A stretch of 64,000 nucleotides of DNA from the human T2T-CHM13v2.0 reference genome, Homo sapiens (GCF_009914755.1 NC_060948.1); one strand, 5' to 3'. Positions 1-17,710 are shown, counted from the stretch's first letter. Notes: generated by a model from the sequence alone, not told the origin. A program made the numbers and translations.

Positions 1-425
1 AGGATTGCTCACACCATCACTAACTGGACAGAGGGGAGGGAGCAACCAGGGATGCCTGTTGGGTTTGAAATTTTTTACGTCTCTACTGCAAAGCAGGGAA
101 AGATGAATTGCACCAGCACCAACAATGAAAGGAGATTCTGGAGGAGAGGATCTCATTTTGTGAGGTGCTCCTGCTGCATCCCGATATTTCCACTACTCTG
201 TGTTTACCTCACTTCTCAAGGCATTCACAAGGCAGAAGCCACTTGTTGTTGCTATGGATACATTGATCAAAAAGACAGAGCAAACCCACAACAGGCAAAG
301 TAAAATTTCCATGGTCTGAAACTCATGATGCTGGCGAGAGGCAGAGAATGCATCGTTTCCACTTCAGATCTGCTTTTCTGATAGTTTCTATGAAAATGAT
401 GGTTTTGGTTGCATGGTTTCAGGAA

Positions 426-1177
426 TGCTATGGTTTGGATGTTTGTACCCCTCCAAACGTCGTGCTGAAATTTCATCCCCAGTGCTGAAGGTGGGGACTA
501 ATGGGAGGTGTTTGGGTCATGGGAGTGGATTCCTCACGCACAGATTAGTGCCCATCCTTGAGAGTAAGTGAGTTATCTCTCTTATGAGTTATTATGAAAG
601 CTGGCTGTTAAAAAGAGCCTGGCACCTCCCCACACACACTCTCTCTCTCTTGCTTCCTGTCTCTACATGTGGTCTCTGCACATGCAGCTCCCCTTCCTCT
701 CTGTGTCCCCACCCAAATCTATGGTTTGGCTCTATGTCCCCACCCAAATCTCATCTTCTAGCTCCCATAATTCCCATGTGTTGTGGGAGGGACCCAGTGG
801 GAGATGATTGAATTATGGGGGCAGGTCTTTCTCATGTGGTTCTCATGATAATGGATGGGTCTCATGAGATCTGCTGCCATCCACGTAAAATGTGATTTGC
901 TCCTCCTTGCCTTCCACCATGATAGTGAGACTTCCCCAGACATGTGGACCTGTACATCCAAAAAACCTCAGTCTCAGGTATGTCTTTATCAGCAGTGTGA
1001 AAACAGATTAATACACTCTCTCACTCTGAGTGGAAGCAGCCCGAGGCCCTTACCAGATGCAAATGTCCAATCCTGAACTTTCCAGCCACCAGAATCATGA
1101 GCCAAATAAACCTCTTTTCTTTACAAATTATCCAGCCTCAGAGATTCCTTCATAGAAACACAAAACAGACTCAGACA
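426..1177 (+). mobile_element. MST-family MaLR LTR (MSTB-like), split by a THE1 LTR
   Basis: Starts TGCTATGGTTTGGATGTTTGT and ends AATAAACCTCTTTTCTTT...AACAGACTCAGACA, typical MST termini. Confidence 0.8.
702..1015 (+). mobile_element. THE1 solo LTR nested in the MST LTR
   Basis: ATGGTTTGGC..TGTCCCCACCCAAATCTC start, AGCAGTGTGAAAACAGATTAATACA end, 5-bp TSD CTCTC at 697-701 and 1016-1020. Confidence 0.85.
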
Positions 1178-1743
1178 GAGAGTTTGTTTGGAGCAAGTGA
1201 ATTAGGTCAGAGTGACATGGGGCTCCTAGGAGTTGGGGATTTACCACACACACCTGAGTGGAGGTAATGGTTGGAGATTAGCCTGAAAACCCAGAAGGTC
1301 TGTCCTGTTGGGATAAAACCTCCCCTCCTGGAGCTCAGTCTTGATGTAAATGACACATGATGTGTCCCAGACACAAGATGCAAATAAAAATGGCCTGGGG
1401 GTTAAAATTAGTCTGTGCTTTGGGGTGAGATCCATGCAGGTTGGAGTCAGTGCTTAGCTGGTATATGACTCCTGCCTGACTTTGCAGATGAGGCTGATCT
1501 CCAATCTCTGACTTTCCCTCTGTGAGGATTAAATCCGATACGCATAGTTCAGGAAGCATTAGCTGTTCTAGTGATAAAAGGGAATGAAAATATGAAAATT
1601 GCTATCATTTCTATTGCAGCTCAGGTTTCTTCTGCAAAGCCAGAGGTGATATGTCTACATTGGAGGACAGGGGAGCCAGGAATGGTGGGATTCTAACACT
1701 AACACAATTGAACACTCTCAGGCAAGCGCATCAAACATGTTTA

Positions 1744-2181
<438 letters not shown>

Positions 2182-2259
2182 TCATATCTTCCCCAACAGC
2201 AGGCTGAAAGCTGTCACTTTGATGTCAAGGGGATAACTCCTATTATCACATTGTCCAAA

Positions 2260-3250
<991 letters not shown>

Positions 3251-3675
3251 GCATTGTTTTGTGGATGCACTCTGGCTACAATTCCAAGAAGGCAGCATGA
3301 GAAATTTCACAGCCACCCTCCAGCAGGGAGTTGACAGGCACAGTCCAGCCCGGGGCATCCTACTGGCAGGGGAGCTGTTGTTGTGTTGACTTCTGTCAGA
3401 TCAACATAAGTGACACAGCTTCCTCCGCACACACCGAGGGGGACATGCTTAAGAATGTCATTAGGAGGCCCGGGAGATCACAGCACTAGCTTAGCTAAAT
3501 GGGGTTTCGGCAATGAGAGTCTGGTGCCAACAATATGGATATTATTTAAGATTTTTAATAAAGCAGGGGAAACAAAGAGAACTGAGAAGGAGGAATAAAG
3601 TGCTGAAAAACATTTATCTGCTCTTAAGCAATTTCATTTAAAGGAGAAAGAAACGGAGGCTCAAACCAAAGATGA

Positions 3676-3981
<306 letters not shown>

Positions 3982-4374
3982 CTAACAATGATGTTTAAAT
4001 AGGCAGAAAAGTAAGGCTGGTTTTGGCAAAGCAGAAAGCATTAAAAGGCCCTGGGCTCGGTGTGTAGAGCTTTGACTACAAAGGGAAAAAGTCACAGGGA
4101 AACTGGTTTATTTACATTATGAATACAAAATGCTAAACTGGTGGATTGATTAAACTTATCAGCAAAAGACTAAAGAAAGACATTTTCTGGAAGCATTTGC
4201 AAGGGTTGGGTAAGCCACATGGTCACTGGGCAGTGTTCAAAGCAACTGCTCCTTGGAGACCTCTGACCTGAGTATATCTTGAGGGTTTTTCCAGGATGGG
4301 GTTCAGGGAAGTGTATTAAGGATCCAAACATCATTTTGCTTTACAAAAAATCATTATGAAGAGTTCAAAATATA

Positions 4375-4407
<33 letters not shown>

Positions 4408-4642
4408 AGTCAAAGAGTAAAAACAAACCCTCATGGAAAAAAAGAAAAAAATTGTCTCTATTTGACGATGATATAATTGTCTTGATAGAAAATATCAAAT
4501 AATCTGGAAAAAACTTTCTAGAACTAATAAATGAGCTCAATAAGTTCACAGGATGCAAGATAAATGTATAAAAATCAATTGTATTTCTATACAGTGACAA
4601 TGGACAAGGGGAAACCAAAATATAAACTATAATACTATTTTA

Positions 4643-4948
<306 letters not shown>

Positions 4949-5157
4949 CTATTTTAAATTGCTCCAAAGAGAACGAAATACTTATATATAAATCTCACCA
5001 AGCATATGTAGTTCTGTATGATAAAAATTATAAAATTCTGATGAAAAATATCAACGAAGATCCAATTAAGGAAAGGCATACTGAGTTCCTGGAGCACAAT
5101 CACTATAGTAAAGATGTAAGTTCTCCTTAAACTGATTTACAGAGTTAACACAATTCA

Positions 5158-5461
<304 letters not shown>

Positions 5462-6010
5462 ATTCACATAAAAATCCCAGCATTTTAAAAATATACCTAG
5501 AAAAAATTTTAAAAATAGACATAGAAAAGATTATTATAACATTTATAAAGTAATGGAAAAGCTCTGTAAGAGTTGAAACCATTTTGAGAAAGAATTAAGT
5601 GACAGAAATCACACACTCTTTGGGATTACTATATTGCTGGGATAAAATGGAGAGAGTATGGCACTGAACAAAGATAAGACACATAAATAAATGGAACAGC
5701 ATAGAGAACCCAGAAACAGATACCTGCAATGATGTCCGACTAATGTTTGAGAATGGAGCAAAAGTAATTTAATGGAAGAGGAATATCCATTTCACTGAAA
5801 TTTCTGGAGCAAGGAGACATGACGAACAACATCAAAAAATGAATCGCAACCTAAACCTCATAGCTTTTATACAAATTAACTCAAAATAAATCATGGACTT
5901 AAATGTAAACCACAAAACCATGGTGTGCTGTTGCATCTATGATCTCAAAAAGAATGATGGATTGCATTTAACGATGATATCTTCTACAGGAGGCCAAGCG
6001 ACTAAGACAA

Positions 6011-6327
<317 letters not shown>

Positions 6328-6738
6328 AACGAGTCTTTTTTTCATGGTCAAAACCAAAATCTAGATTGCAAAATTCAGATAAAGCAATTTTACGGCTTAT
6401 AAGGTACCTACATAGGCCTGATGTTTTGCAGTGAGGGAGGAAAAGTCGCAAAAAAAAAAAAAAAAGAAATACTCTGAAGAAAGTGAAAAGACAAGCCACA
6501 GAATGTAAGAAACTATTGGGAAGACATATATCTCCTAAAGGACTTGTGGCCAACATTTAGGAAGCATAGTTACAAGTCATACGAAGATGGCACCTGACCC
6601 GATAAAAATTAGGAAATAGAGCTGAAAGGACTTGTCAGTAAATAAGACGTATAAGTGGCAAAATAAGTCTATGAAGAGGGTCTGTGTTTCTTGGGGGGTT
6701 CTGGAATGCAGACACCGAGACAGAGTTAGAAACGCAAA

Positions 6739-7886
<1,148 letters not shown>

Positions 7887-7888
7887 CG

Positions 7889-8195
7889 GGGGCGGGTGCA
7901 GTGGCTCATGTCTGTCATCCCAGGACTTTGGGAGGCTGAGGCAGGAGGATCACTTGAGCACAGGAGTTCGAGACCAGCCTGAGCAAGATACGGTAGACCT
8001 CATTGCTATGAAAACATTTTTTTAAACACTAGCTGGGTGCGGTGGTGCGCACCGGTATTCCCAGCTACTTGGGAGGCCGAGGCAGGAGAATTGCTTGAGC
8101 TCAGGAGTTCAAGGGTGCAGGGAGCTATGATCACGCCACTGCCCTCCAGCCTGGGTGACAGAGCAAGACCTTATCTCAAAATGAATAAATAAATT
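7889..8195 (+). mobile_element. Alu (AluJ)
   Basis: GGAGGATCACTTGAGC and GAGCTATGATC AluJ diagnostics. Confidence 0.9.
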
Positions 8196-8284
8196 AATTC
8201 AATTTTAACATAAAATACAAAACATCTATAATATAATCATTTTTAAAAGTTAAACAATGTCTAAAAAAGGAGTTGTATTTTTCT

Positions 8285-9085
8285 ATATGTATACCTGTAG
8301 AAATAAATATATATATTTCCTGTGTCTGTGTATATATAAAATATTTTTCTAATATAACATATATAAACATTATATATGTAATATATTATATAATATAATA
8401 TACAATATATAACATAAGCAATATTAAAAATTATATATAATATATATTATATTATATTATATATTATATTATATATTATATTATATTATATATTATATTA
8501 TATATTATATTATATTATATATTATATTATATATTATATTATATGTTATATAATATATAATACATATTTATTTATATATTAATATACATTATACATTAAT
8601 ATATATTTTTATATATTTATTAATATATAAATATATAATATGTTTATATATTATATATGTATACTATATAAAATATATAATATAAATATATATGTATTGT
8701 ATAATATAAATTATATATAAATATATAAATATATTTATATATAATATAAATTATATATAAATATATTTATATAAATATATTATAGAATATATAATATATT
8801 AATAGTATGTAATATAATATTAATATATTATAAATAAATATATTATAAATATAATATATAATACATATGTAATATAAATATATATAATACATATGTAATA
8901 TAATATACATATTTTATAGTTAATTTATTAACTATAACTATTATTATATATGCATAATATATTAAATATATTTTATATATATTTGTAATATTTATATATA
9001 ATGTACACACAGGAAATATATATTTTATATTATGAATATAAAATATTTATAATTTTTTATTTTCTATTATTTTATGTATATATAT
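8285..9085. repeat. AT-rich (TA)n/(TATAT)n low-complexity tract
   Basis: Almost entirely A/T over ~800 bp. Confidence 0.95.
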
Positions 9086-9334
9086 GCCATGCGAACTCTA
9101 ACGCGTACGTTCTTTAATCACGTTTTTCGTGTCTTGTTTTACGGTTCCATCTGGACTTGGAGCTGCCCTTTGAAAAAGCCACAGCTGCTGTGTCAAGTCT
9201 GGTGAACGTGACATCCTGACTAAATTCTCGAAAGGAAAGAGATGAAACTCAGGGACATGTACCTGGGTCACCTGGAGAACCAGCAATGGGCACCGTCTGT
9301 GGTTGGTTGCCTTTGTAACCTCCGTGTATGTGTG

Positions 9335-9383
<49 letters not shown>
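9335..9383. repeat. (TA)n microsatellite
   Basis: Directly visible. Confidence 0.95.
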
Positions 9384-9390
<7 letters not shown>

Positions 9391-9889
9391 TAGCATGTAC
9401 ATCGCTCAAAGCCCAGGTTTTTGGACATCAGTGTAACTGACCTGCTGATTAGCGTATGGTGAGGACTGCCAGCCGGAACACACCAGGGAAAGGATAAAAA
9501 AAGTGGGCAGAGCGAGGAGCTATTTTAGTCCTGGTCCAGGGTCCACCACCATGTGGCTGCATTTTAATGACACACGCGCTTCACCCTCCCAGATGCTGAA
9601 TTCACCTGCAACATCACACTCCTCAAGGAGACGTTTAGCAGACATTATCTGAGGGCTCCGTGCAGAGCAGAGCCTGGTCACTGACTGTTTTCTCAGGAAA
9701 AGATAGGTGCAGAAGGTAGGGGAAGGACCTGAGTCCCAGGGGAATCAGCCACTAAGAATTCAGCATCTGGCCAAGTTGCTCAAAGAAATTGTTCTTGTTT
9801 AGCCTCTCTCTTGAATCAGTGGATGTTTACTGGAACCTGGAAGGAAAGGGAAGACAGCCAGAAGCTATGGTGTATGTGTGTGTGGCTGA

Positions 9890-10508
9890 GCAGGGAAAGG
9901 AAAGAGGTGGAGAGAAGGAGGGAGAGAAGAAGGAATAAGACAGGGGAGGAGGAGAGGGGAGGAAGAAAGAGGAGGAGAAGGAGGAGGGGGAGAAGGAGGA
10001 GGAGTAAAAAGAGAAGTGGTAGGAGAGGGTAGAAGGAGGAGGAGGAGAGGGAGGAGGAAGAGAAAAGGAGAGGAGGAGGAGGGGAGGAGGAGATGGGAGG
10101 AGGAGGAGGAAAGGAGAGAAGGAGGAAGAGGGGGAGGAGGAGGAGGAAAGGAGAGAAGGAGGAAGAGGGGGAGGAGGAGAGAGAAGGAGGGGAGACAGGA
10201 GGAGGAGGGGAGAGGGGAGGAGGAGGGGAGAGGGGAGGAGGAGGGGAGAGGGGAGGAAGAGGGGAGAGGGGAGGAGGAGGGAGGGGAGGAGGAGACAGGA
10301 GGAGGAGGAGGAGAAGGAGAGGGGAGGAGGAGGAGAGGGGAGGAGGAGGAAGAGGAGGGGGAGGAGAGGGTAGAAGGAGGAGGGAGGAGGAGGACAAGGA
10401 CAGACAGTGGGAGGAGGAGAAATAGTAAATGAAGAAGGAGAACAAGAAAAGATGAAAAAAGAGAGGGAGTAGAAGGAAAAGGAGAAGGAGGAAGAGGAGA
10501 AGAAGGAG
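9890..10508. repeat. (GGA)n/GA-rich polypurine tract
   Basis: ~600 bp almost only G and A on the + strand. Confidence 0.95.
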
Positions 10509-11223
10509 TATCAAATGGTACAATTTCTAAAATCCAATCTGACCAAGTCTAGACCTTCTCCAAAAGAAATCGCCAAGTAAGCAGTAACAAGTAAAATAAA
10601 AGAGAGGATAGTCTTTAAGAGACAAACCTAGTAGGTCAGATTTTTTTTTTTTTAAGGAAGCTTAGTTTTTATTGGATACACTTTCATCTTTATAGCTCAT
10701 TGATTGTGAAAAGGCTTATGGAATAATATAATTACCAAACAACAAAATAAATAAACAGTTGTAGACTTATGCTACACAATAAATGACAAAACCGCACACA
10801 CACAAAAAAGGAGGGGAATATTTAAAACTTAGTTACGTTTCCTTCGACACATTTTTCACTGGGTGGAAGGAAAAGCCCAGCATCAAATACTTTCTTTGAA
10901 GTCTCTAAAAGCTTTCTCAGTGATGAGATTAAACTTGCAAAAGCTTTCTTGCTGTGGGGAGGCAACAACGACAGCTCTAATTACAGGGGTTCTGCACTCA
11001 GGGTGTTATGGTTCTCTGAAACAAGGAAGAGAGGCGTGCATACATTAATCCAAGGATACGTCCCAGCCAGTAATGAGCCACCGCTTGCAGTGGAAAGCAG
11101 GGAGTTGTGAGCTTGTGTCATAGAATATACAATTTCCTTGTGGTGTCCCACAAAAAGCTATCTCCCATTCAGATTGTTCCTACGTAGTTGTGCCAGTCAT
11201 AACAAGAACCAAGATCTACAAAC

Positions 11224-11424
11224 AAAAGAAAAGAAAGAGAAGAAAGAAAGAAAGAAAGAGAGAGAGAGAAAGAGAGAAAGAAAGAAAGAAAGAGGAGGGA
11301 AGAAAGGAAGGAAGGAAGGGAGGGAGGAGAAAGGAAGGAAGAAAGGAAGAAAGAAAGAAGAAAGGAAGGAAGAAAAGAAGGAAGGAGAAAGAAAGGAAGG
11401 AAGAATGAAGGAAGGAAGAAGGAA
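11224..11424. repeat. (GAAA)n/(GGAA)n microsatellite
   Basis: Directly visible. Confidence 0.95.
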
Positions 11425-11567
11425 GTCCTTCTTCCTGTGAGTAAATGCCCTATCCCAACTATTCCCTTTGTTGGCCAACTGCATGGTTAGTTTATCTAAA
11501 AAATTAATAGGAATGAAGTAATCAACATAATTGGTCTTGTTTCATATGTAATATGTCCATGGTTTAA

Positions 11568-11867
<300 letters not shown>

Positions 11868-11904
11868 TGGTTTAACTGTTTTTAAAAATAATTTGAAGGC
11901 TGTC

Positions 11905-12133
11905 TCCTGGCAGAATTTCCTCTTGCTCTGTGGAGGTCAGATTTTGTTCTTTTCATGTCTTCAACTGATTAGACAAGGCCCACCCACATTATGGAGAGAG
12001 GGTCATCTTGACTCAAAGTCACTGATATCAACCCCATCCAAAAACACATTCACAGAAACATCCAGGATGACGTTCACCCACACATCTGGGCACAGTGGCC
12101 CAGCCAAGTGGACACATAAAATTAACCATCACA
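11905..12133 (-). mobile_element. MLT2 (ERVL) LTR 5' fragment
   Basis: Ends GACACATAAAATTAACCATCACA, the reverse complement of the MLT2 start TGTGATGGTTAATTTTATGTGTC. Confidence 0.8.
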
Positions 12134-12922
12134 AATATTATTACTTAAATGAAATGCTTAAAAAGAACAGCCAGAGGAAACATAAAGCAAGGGATTAGAA
12201 GCAAACAGGGGGCATATTCATTAAAGCAGCTGGGCAGAGAAGGGGCTGATATAAATGGGAAACAACGTCAGAGCAAACTCTTGGAAGATAGGGGAATCTG
12301 GCGTGCTTGTGGGCCAAGAGTAAGAGCTTAAGAGAGGTATATTGAATGTTTTCCCCTCCTGTCAGCCTGAAGCCAGTGACTGCTGTGGTTTGAAGGCAGA
12401 AAGAGAAATCCCATAAAAATACCTAGAAGTCCACTGTTGTGCCAGGTTTTACGTCTACTTTGGGACACTGGCTTCAGGATAGTCTAACTTGCCCTTACAA
12501 CTCTGGTTCAAGCATAGATAATTGATCCAAGCCAGTGTGAAATATCAATGCATGTGCACATATGCATGTGTGTTACCAGGAAATAACTCAGCAAGAATGA
12601 GAGCACCACAGCCATAACATAGATTAAAATGTAGACCTCACAGTGTTATCAGGATCAGCTTTTTTCAAGAAACCATGGGCTTCATTCATTCAAAAAGCAC
12701 AATTGCATGGTAGACTATTACCTTGCCTGCTCATTTATTTGTATATCCCTAGCTTCTCACACTGAAGATATGCACACTAAACACTGGTCAAACAAAAATG
12801 AGTGGATAAATGACTAACCAATTTGTTTCATTCTCCCCACAAGACAAGCACTGGTCATTTTACATGGTGCCCAAAACTGACTCTAGTGTGTACTTTTAAA
12901 CCCTATTTAATAAGACCAACCA

Positions 12923-13238
<316 letters not shown>

Positions 13239-13297
13239 CTAAAGTATGCATGATTTTATTTTCCAAGTCAGATGGGCCTCAGAGCTTAGCAGAAAGT

Positions 13298-14405
13298 ATC
13301 ATCATTATCACCATCAACATCATTGTCATCATCATCACCATCATCTCCATTACCTCTCCCATCATCATCATCATCACTACCAACATCATCATCATCACCA
13401 TTATCTCCATTATCACTACCATCATCATCACCATCCTCACCATCATCATCACCATCATCTTCATTACCTCCCCCATCATCATCATCACCATCACCATCTT
13501 CATTACCTCCCCCATCATCATCACGATCACCATCTTTATTACCTCTCCCATCATCATCATCACCATCCTCACCATCGTCATCATCATCACCATCTTCATT
13601 ACCTCCCCCATCATCATCATCACGATCACCATCTTCATAACCTCTCCCATCATCATCATCACGATCACCATCTTCATAACCTCTCCCATCATCATCATCA
13701 CGATCACCATCTTCATAACCTCTCCCATCATCATCATCACGATCACCATCTTCATTACCTCCCCCATCATCATCATCACCATCCTCACCATCATCATCAT
13801 CATCATAATCATCATCGTCACCATCCTCACCATCATCATTATCATAATCATCACCATCACCATCCTCACCATCATCATCATTATCATCACCATCATCGTC
13901 ATTATCATCATCATCACCATCACCATCCTCACCATCATCATATCACCATCATCGTCATTATCATCATCATCACCATCTTCATTACCTCTCCCCTCATCAT
14001 CACCATCCTCACCATCATCATTATCATCATCATCACCATCTTCATTACCTCCCCCATCATCATCATCACCATCCTCACCATCATCATCTTCATTACCTCT
14101 CCCATCATCATCATCACCATCACCATACTCACCATCGTAATCATTATCATCATCACCATCACCATCCTCACCATCATCATCATTATCATCATCATCACCA
14201 TCTTCATTACCTCTCCCATCATCATCATCGCCATCGTCATCTCCATTATCTCTACCATTATCATCATCATCATCTCGCTATCATCACCATCATCATCACC
14301 ATCATCATGATCATTGTCATCATCATTATCATCACCATCATCATCACCACCATCATCATACCATGCCATTGTCATTATCACATCGTCATTATCATCATCA
14401 TTACT
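13298..14405. repeat. (CAT/CAC)n triplet tract with 36-39-bp higher-order units
   Basis: Recurrent unit ATCACCATCTTCATAACCTCTCCCATCATCATCATCACG. Confidence 0.95.
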
Positions 14406-15550
14406 ACAATGTTGATAATCAGCTATAAGACTCTGAATCCCACATGACGAGTCAGCAGTGCTGCCGCTGGGGCATCTGAGAACAATATGCCCTGGAAGGA
14501 CTTTCTCCCTTACTTTTTTATCCCAGAATGGCAGTGGTTTGACTGATGTTCTCTTTTGTACTATGAAGCATCTTCTGTGGCCTAGAAACAACTTAGAGTG
14601 ATGACTGGGCCTCTTTGAGAGACACCACCTAAGTGGCCTTATAACAATTTGGTCTGGTTCAAGAGTCCTAAATAATTTTAAATGCTGCTTCAGTGCCTGT
14701 ACACTCATTTGTTGTGCTGTCACTCTGGTTTCTTGGGAATAAATTAACGAAAACAGAATTGGAGATTTTCTCTTTCTGTCTTCACTTCCGTTCAAAAAGT
14801 ATCATTTTCTCCCCCCGCCCCCCCCCCCCCGCCCCCACTGGAAGAACTTGTTGTCCAGAACAAGTGTAGGCATAGAAATGCTAATTTTTGTTACTTCACC
14901 TTTCTGGGAAAATAAGGGGGAGTGGAGCCATCTGTGGCTATGGCCATCACTTGGCCAATAAGTTGATTTTGAAATAAACTGATTTTGAATTAGATGTGCG
15001 GTATGCATCTGGGAGATTGAAGTTAGATGTGTGTAGGAGAGGGAAACCAACAAAGCTGTGAAGATACAGTAGGAAGAAGGGCTCTATGAGAAAATGTAAA
15101 ACAATGGCATTTATTTGGATCAGACACAGCTATGTCTGAGTGGACTAAAGATACAAATCTGCTCATGGCCACAGCAGATGTCACACCTGGGTCCCATGGA
15201 TAAGCAACAGAAAATCAAAGGTGGCAAGTTTATCAAGCCTTTCTGAGTTTCTATGATGGACGGTTGGGTCCTAGTGCCATCAGTGAGGATTGGCAGTGTC
15301 TTCTTAGCAATGTGAGAGTTTGAATCCAAGCCTCAGTGAATTTGGGAGGACAGCCCATCTGGAAGCTGTGACTCAACAAGGCCAGCCTGAGACTCCACAA
15401 GCTCAAATAATTTTTCAGGCAGATAAATGCCATTAGTCTGCCAAGGTGACATGGTAAGGTGTTTGTCAAGGTAGATGGGGCCTGGTGAGGGAAAGTTAGG
15501 GTGGAAAACTTCAGAAATCCAGGCAGGAAGACTTCAGGCATCTGGATAAG

Positions 15551-16005
15551 CCATCCATCCATCCATCCACCTGCCATTCACCCATTCATTCACTCATGGA
15601 CATATCCATCCATCCATTCATCCAACTATCCATCCCTTTATTCATCCACCAACCATCTACCCATCTATCCACCCACCCACCCATCCACCCATCTATCCGG
15701 ACAGCCAGCCACCCATCCATTTACCTATCCGTCCATCCACTTATCCATCCACTCATGCACATATCCATCGATCCATTCATCCAACTATCCATCCCTTTAT
15801 TCATCCACCTACCATCCACTCATCTATCCACCCACCCACCCACCCATCCACCCATCTATCCAGACAGCCAGCCAGCAACCCATCCATCTGTCCATGCATC
15901 CACTTATCCATCCACTCACGCACATATCCACCATCCATTTATCCAGCTATCCATCCATGTATCCATCTATCCACTCATCCGTCTGTCTATCCATCCTTCC
16001 TTCTA
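15551..16005. repeat. (TCCA)n tract with ~160-bp higher-order repeat
   Basis: CACTCA-G-ACATATCC anchor at 15591, 15750 and 15913. Confidence 0.9.
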
Positions 16006-16499
16006 TTCAACATGCATATATAATGTGTCAGAAACTTCCTTGTCCTTGGGGACACATGGGCATCAAGATACGGTCCAGTTAACAGAACTACAAGCTCCAG
16101 GCCAGAGCTGGAGAAAGAAGAAGTTTCTTTCTTCTTGGGAACAGAGAGGAGCGTGAGTTTAGTAATTCAGACACAACAATTCCTCACTTAAGAAGACAAG
16201 TAGACCCCAAAAGGCAGAGCTCAACTTAGCATCCATTGATACGTACCAAGTCACCCCCTTCTCAGGTAGACTTATGAGAGCAAGGACATCATTCTACCCT
16301 CTCCACAAAAGTACTGGTACAAGAAGGGCTTTCTCCATGGCTAGCTGAAGAGGTCCCTAGCTCAAGTTCAGATTGATCTAGGAACAGTCCTGAAAATGAC
16401 CCTCTCAGTGGAGATGCTGGGAAGGGGCAGTGAAGGACTCTTCGGGAAAAGGTAAGGACCAAGAGAAAGAACATGAAATCCAAGGACGAAAGTTAAAGA

Positions 16500-16995
16500 C
16501 AAAATGCAGAAGCGAGGTTGAACTTGAGTAGAAGCTGGAATGAGGGCAGCATCTGCATTGGTGGAGGGAAGAGAAAACTATCCCAGGCAGAGGGTATACC
16601 AGAAACACAAGGCAACTGTTATTCATGAAGATCTTGCTTGAGGAAAAATATGGACTCCAGAGCAGGTGCAAGACATGGTACGTCGTGATGGATGTGTGAT
16701 CTGTCGAAACGAAGGCTAAAAGGCCATGAACAGATGGCCAAGTGCTTTCGCTTGTAAGCAATGAGAGAGTGGTGAAGGCGTGGAGGAATGGAGGATTGCT
16801 CTAGTGCATAGAGCCCAGTGGGGGCCCAGTGGGAGAGGCTGGAAAAAGGAGAGACCTAGAATCCAGTGGGAGAGGCTGAAAGAATGGAAACCAGTTGGGA
16901 TACCATTGCTCTAATTGAGCTTTGGAAACAACTTCGCATAGGAGGTGGGCGACAATGCAGAAACAAGGGCATAAGAGAGATTTTGAAAGAAGGCA
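16500..16995 (-). mobile_element. Probable ancient L2 fragment
   Basis: Purine-rich GGAGGGAAGAG..CCCAGGCAGAGGG and GAAACCAGTTGGGA..CCATTGC motifs resembling antisense L2. Confidence 0.45.
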
Positions 16996-17009
16996 TGTGA
17001 GATAAGAAA

Positions 17010-17348
17010 TCATTGTGGAAAACAGTGTGACAATTCTTCAAAGAACTAAAAAGTGAACTACCATTCAACCCAGCAACCCCATTACCGGACATACACCCAA
17101 AAGAATATCAATCATCTTATCATAAAGACACATGCAATTGTATTTCATTGCAGCACCATTCACACTAGGAAAGACATGAAATCAACCTAAATTCCCACCA
17201 GTGGTGGACTGAATGAAGAAAATGTAGTACATATATACCATGGAATACTACGCAGCCATAAAAAGAAAGAGATCATGTCCTTTGCAGCAACATGGATGGA
17301 GCTGGACACTATTATCTCAAGATAGATAGAAAGATAGATGATAGATAG

Positions 17349-17389
<41 letters not shown>

Positions 17390-17710
17390 ATCACATGAGC
17401 CTCTGAGGATATTGAGTTATATATGTAACTCAATTTATTAACATAAACACCCATCATGTTATTAACTTACTAACATCCATCATATGAATTATCTTCTAAT
17501 TAGCACAGCCTCTCGACACACCCTGAAGGACAGAGCATGTCCTAACTATTGGAGGGAAGAAGATGGGAGGAGGGAGAGGATTAGAAAAAAATAACTAATG
17601 GGTACTAGGCTTAATACCTGGATGAAGAAATAATCTGTACAACAAACTCCCATGATCCCAGTTTACCTACATAACAAACTTGCATGTGTACCCCTGAACA
17701 TAATAGAAAA
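17010..17710 (+). mobile_element. L1PA/PB 3' fragment with a non-L1 insert at ~17320-17550
   Basis: ACCATTCAACCCAGCAACCCCATTAC, GGAATACTACGCAGCCATAAAAAG, then AATGGGTACTAGGCTTAATACCTGG. Confidence 0.85.
17321..17389. repeat. (GATA)n microsatellite
   Basis: Directly visible. Confidence 0.95.

Noticed and set aside
9811-10523. Pro/Ser/Leu-rich and Glu/Gly/Arg-rich ORFs
   Set aside because: Translations of the (GGA)n low-complexity tract
14808-14836. C-run able to form a G-quadruplex on the minus strand
   Set aside because: Isolated homopolymer-like tract with no supporting context
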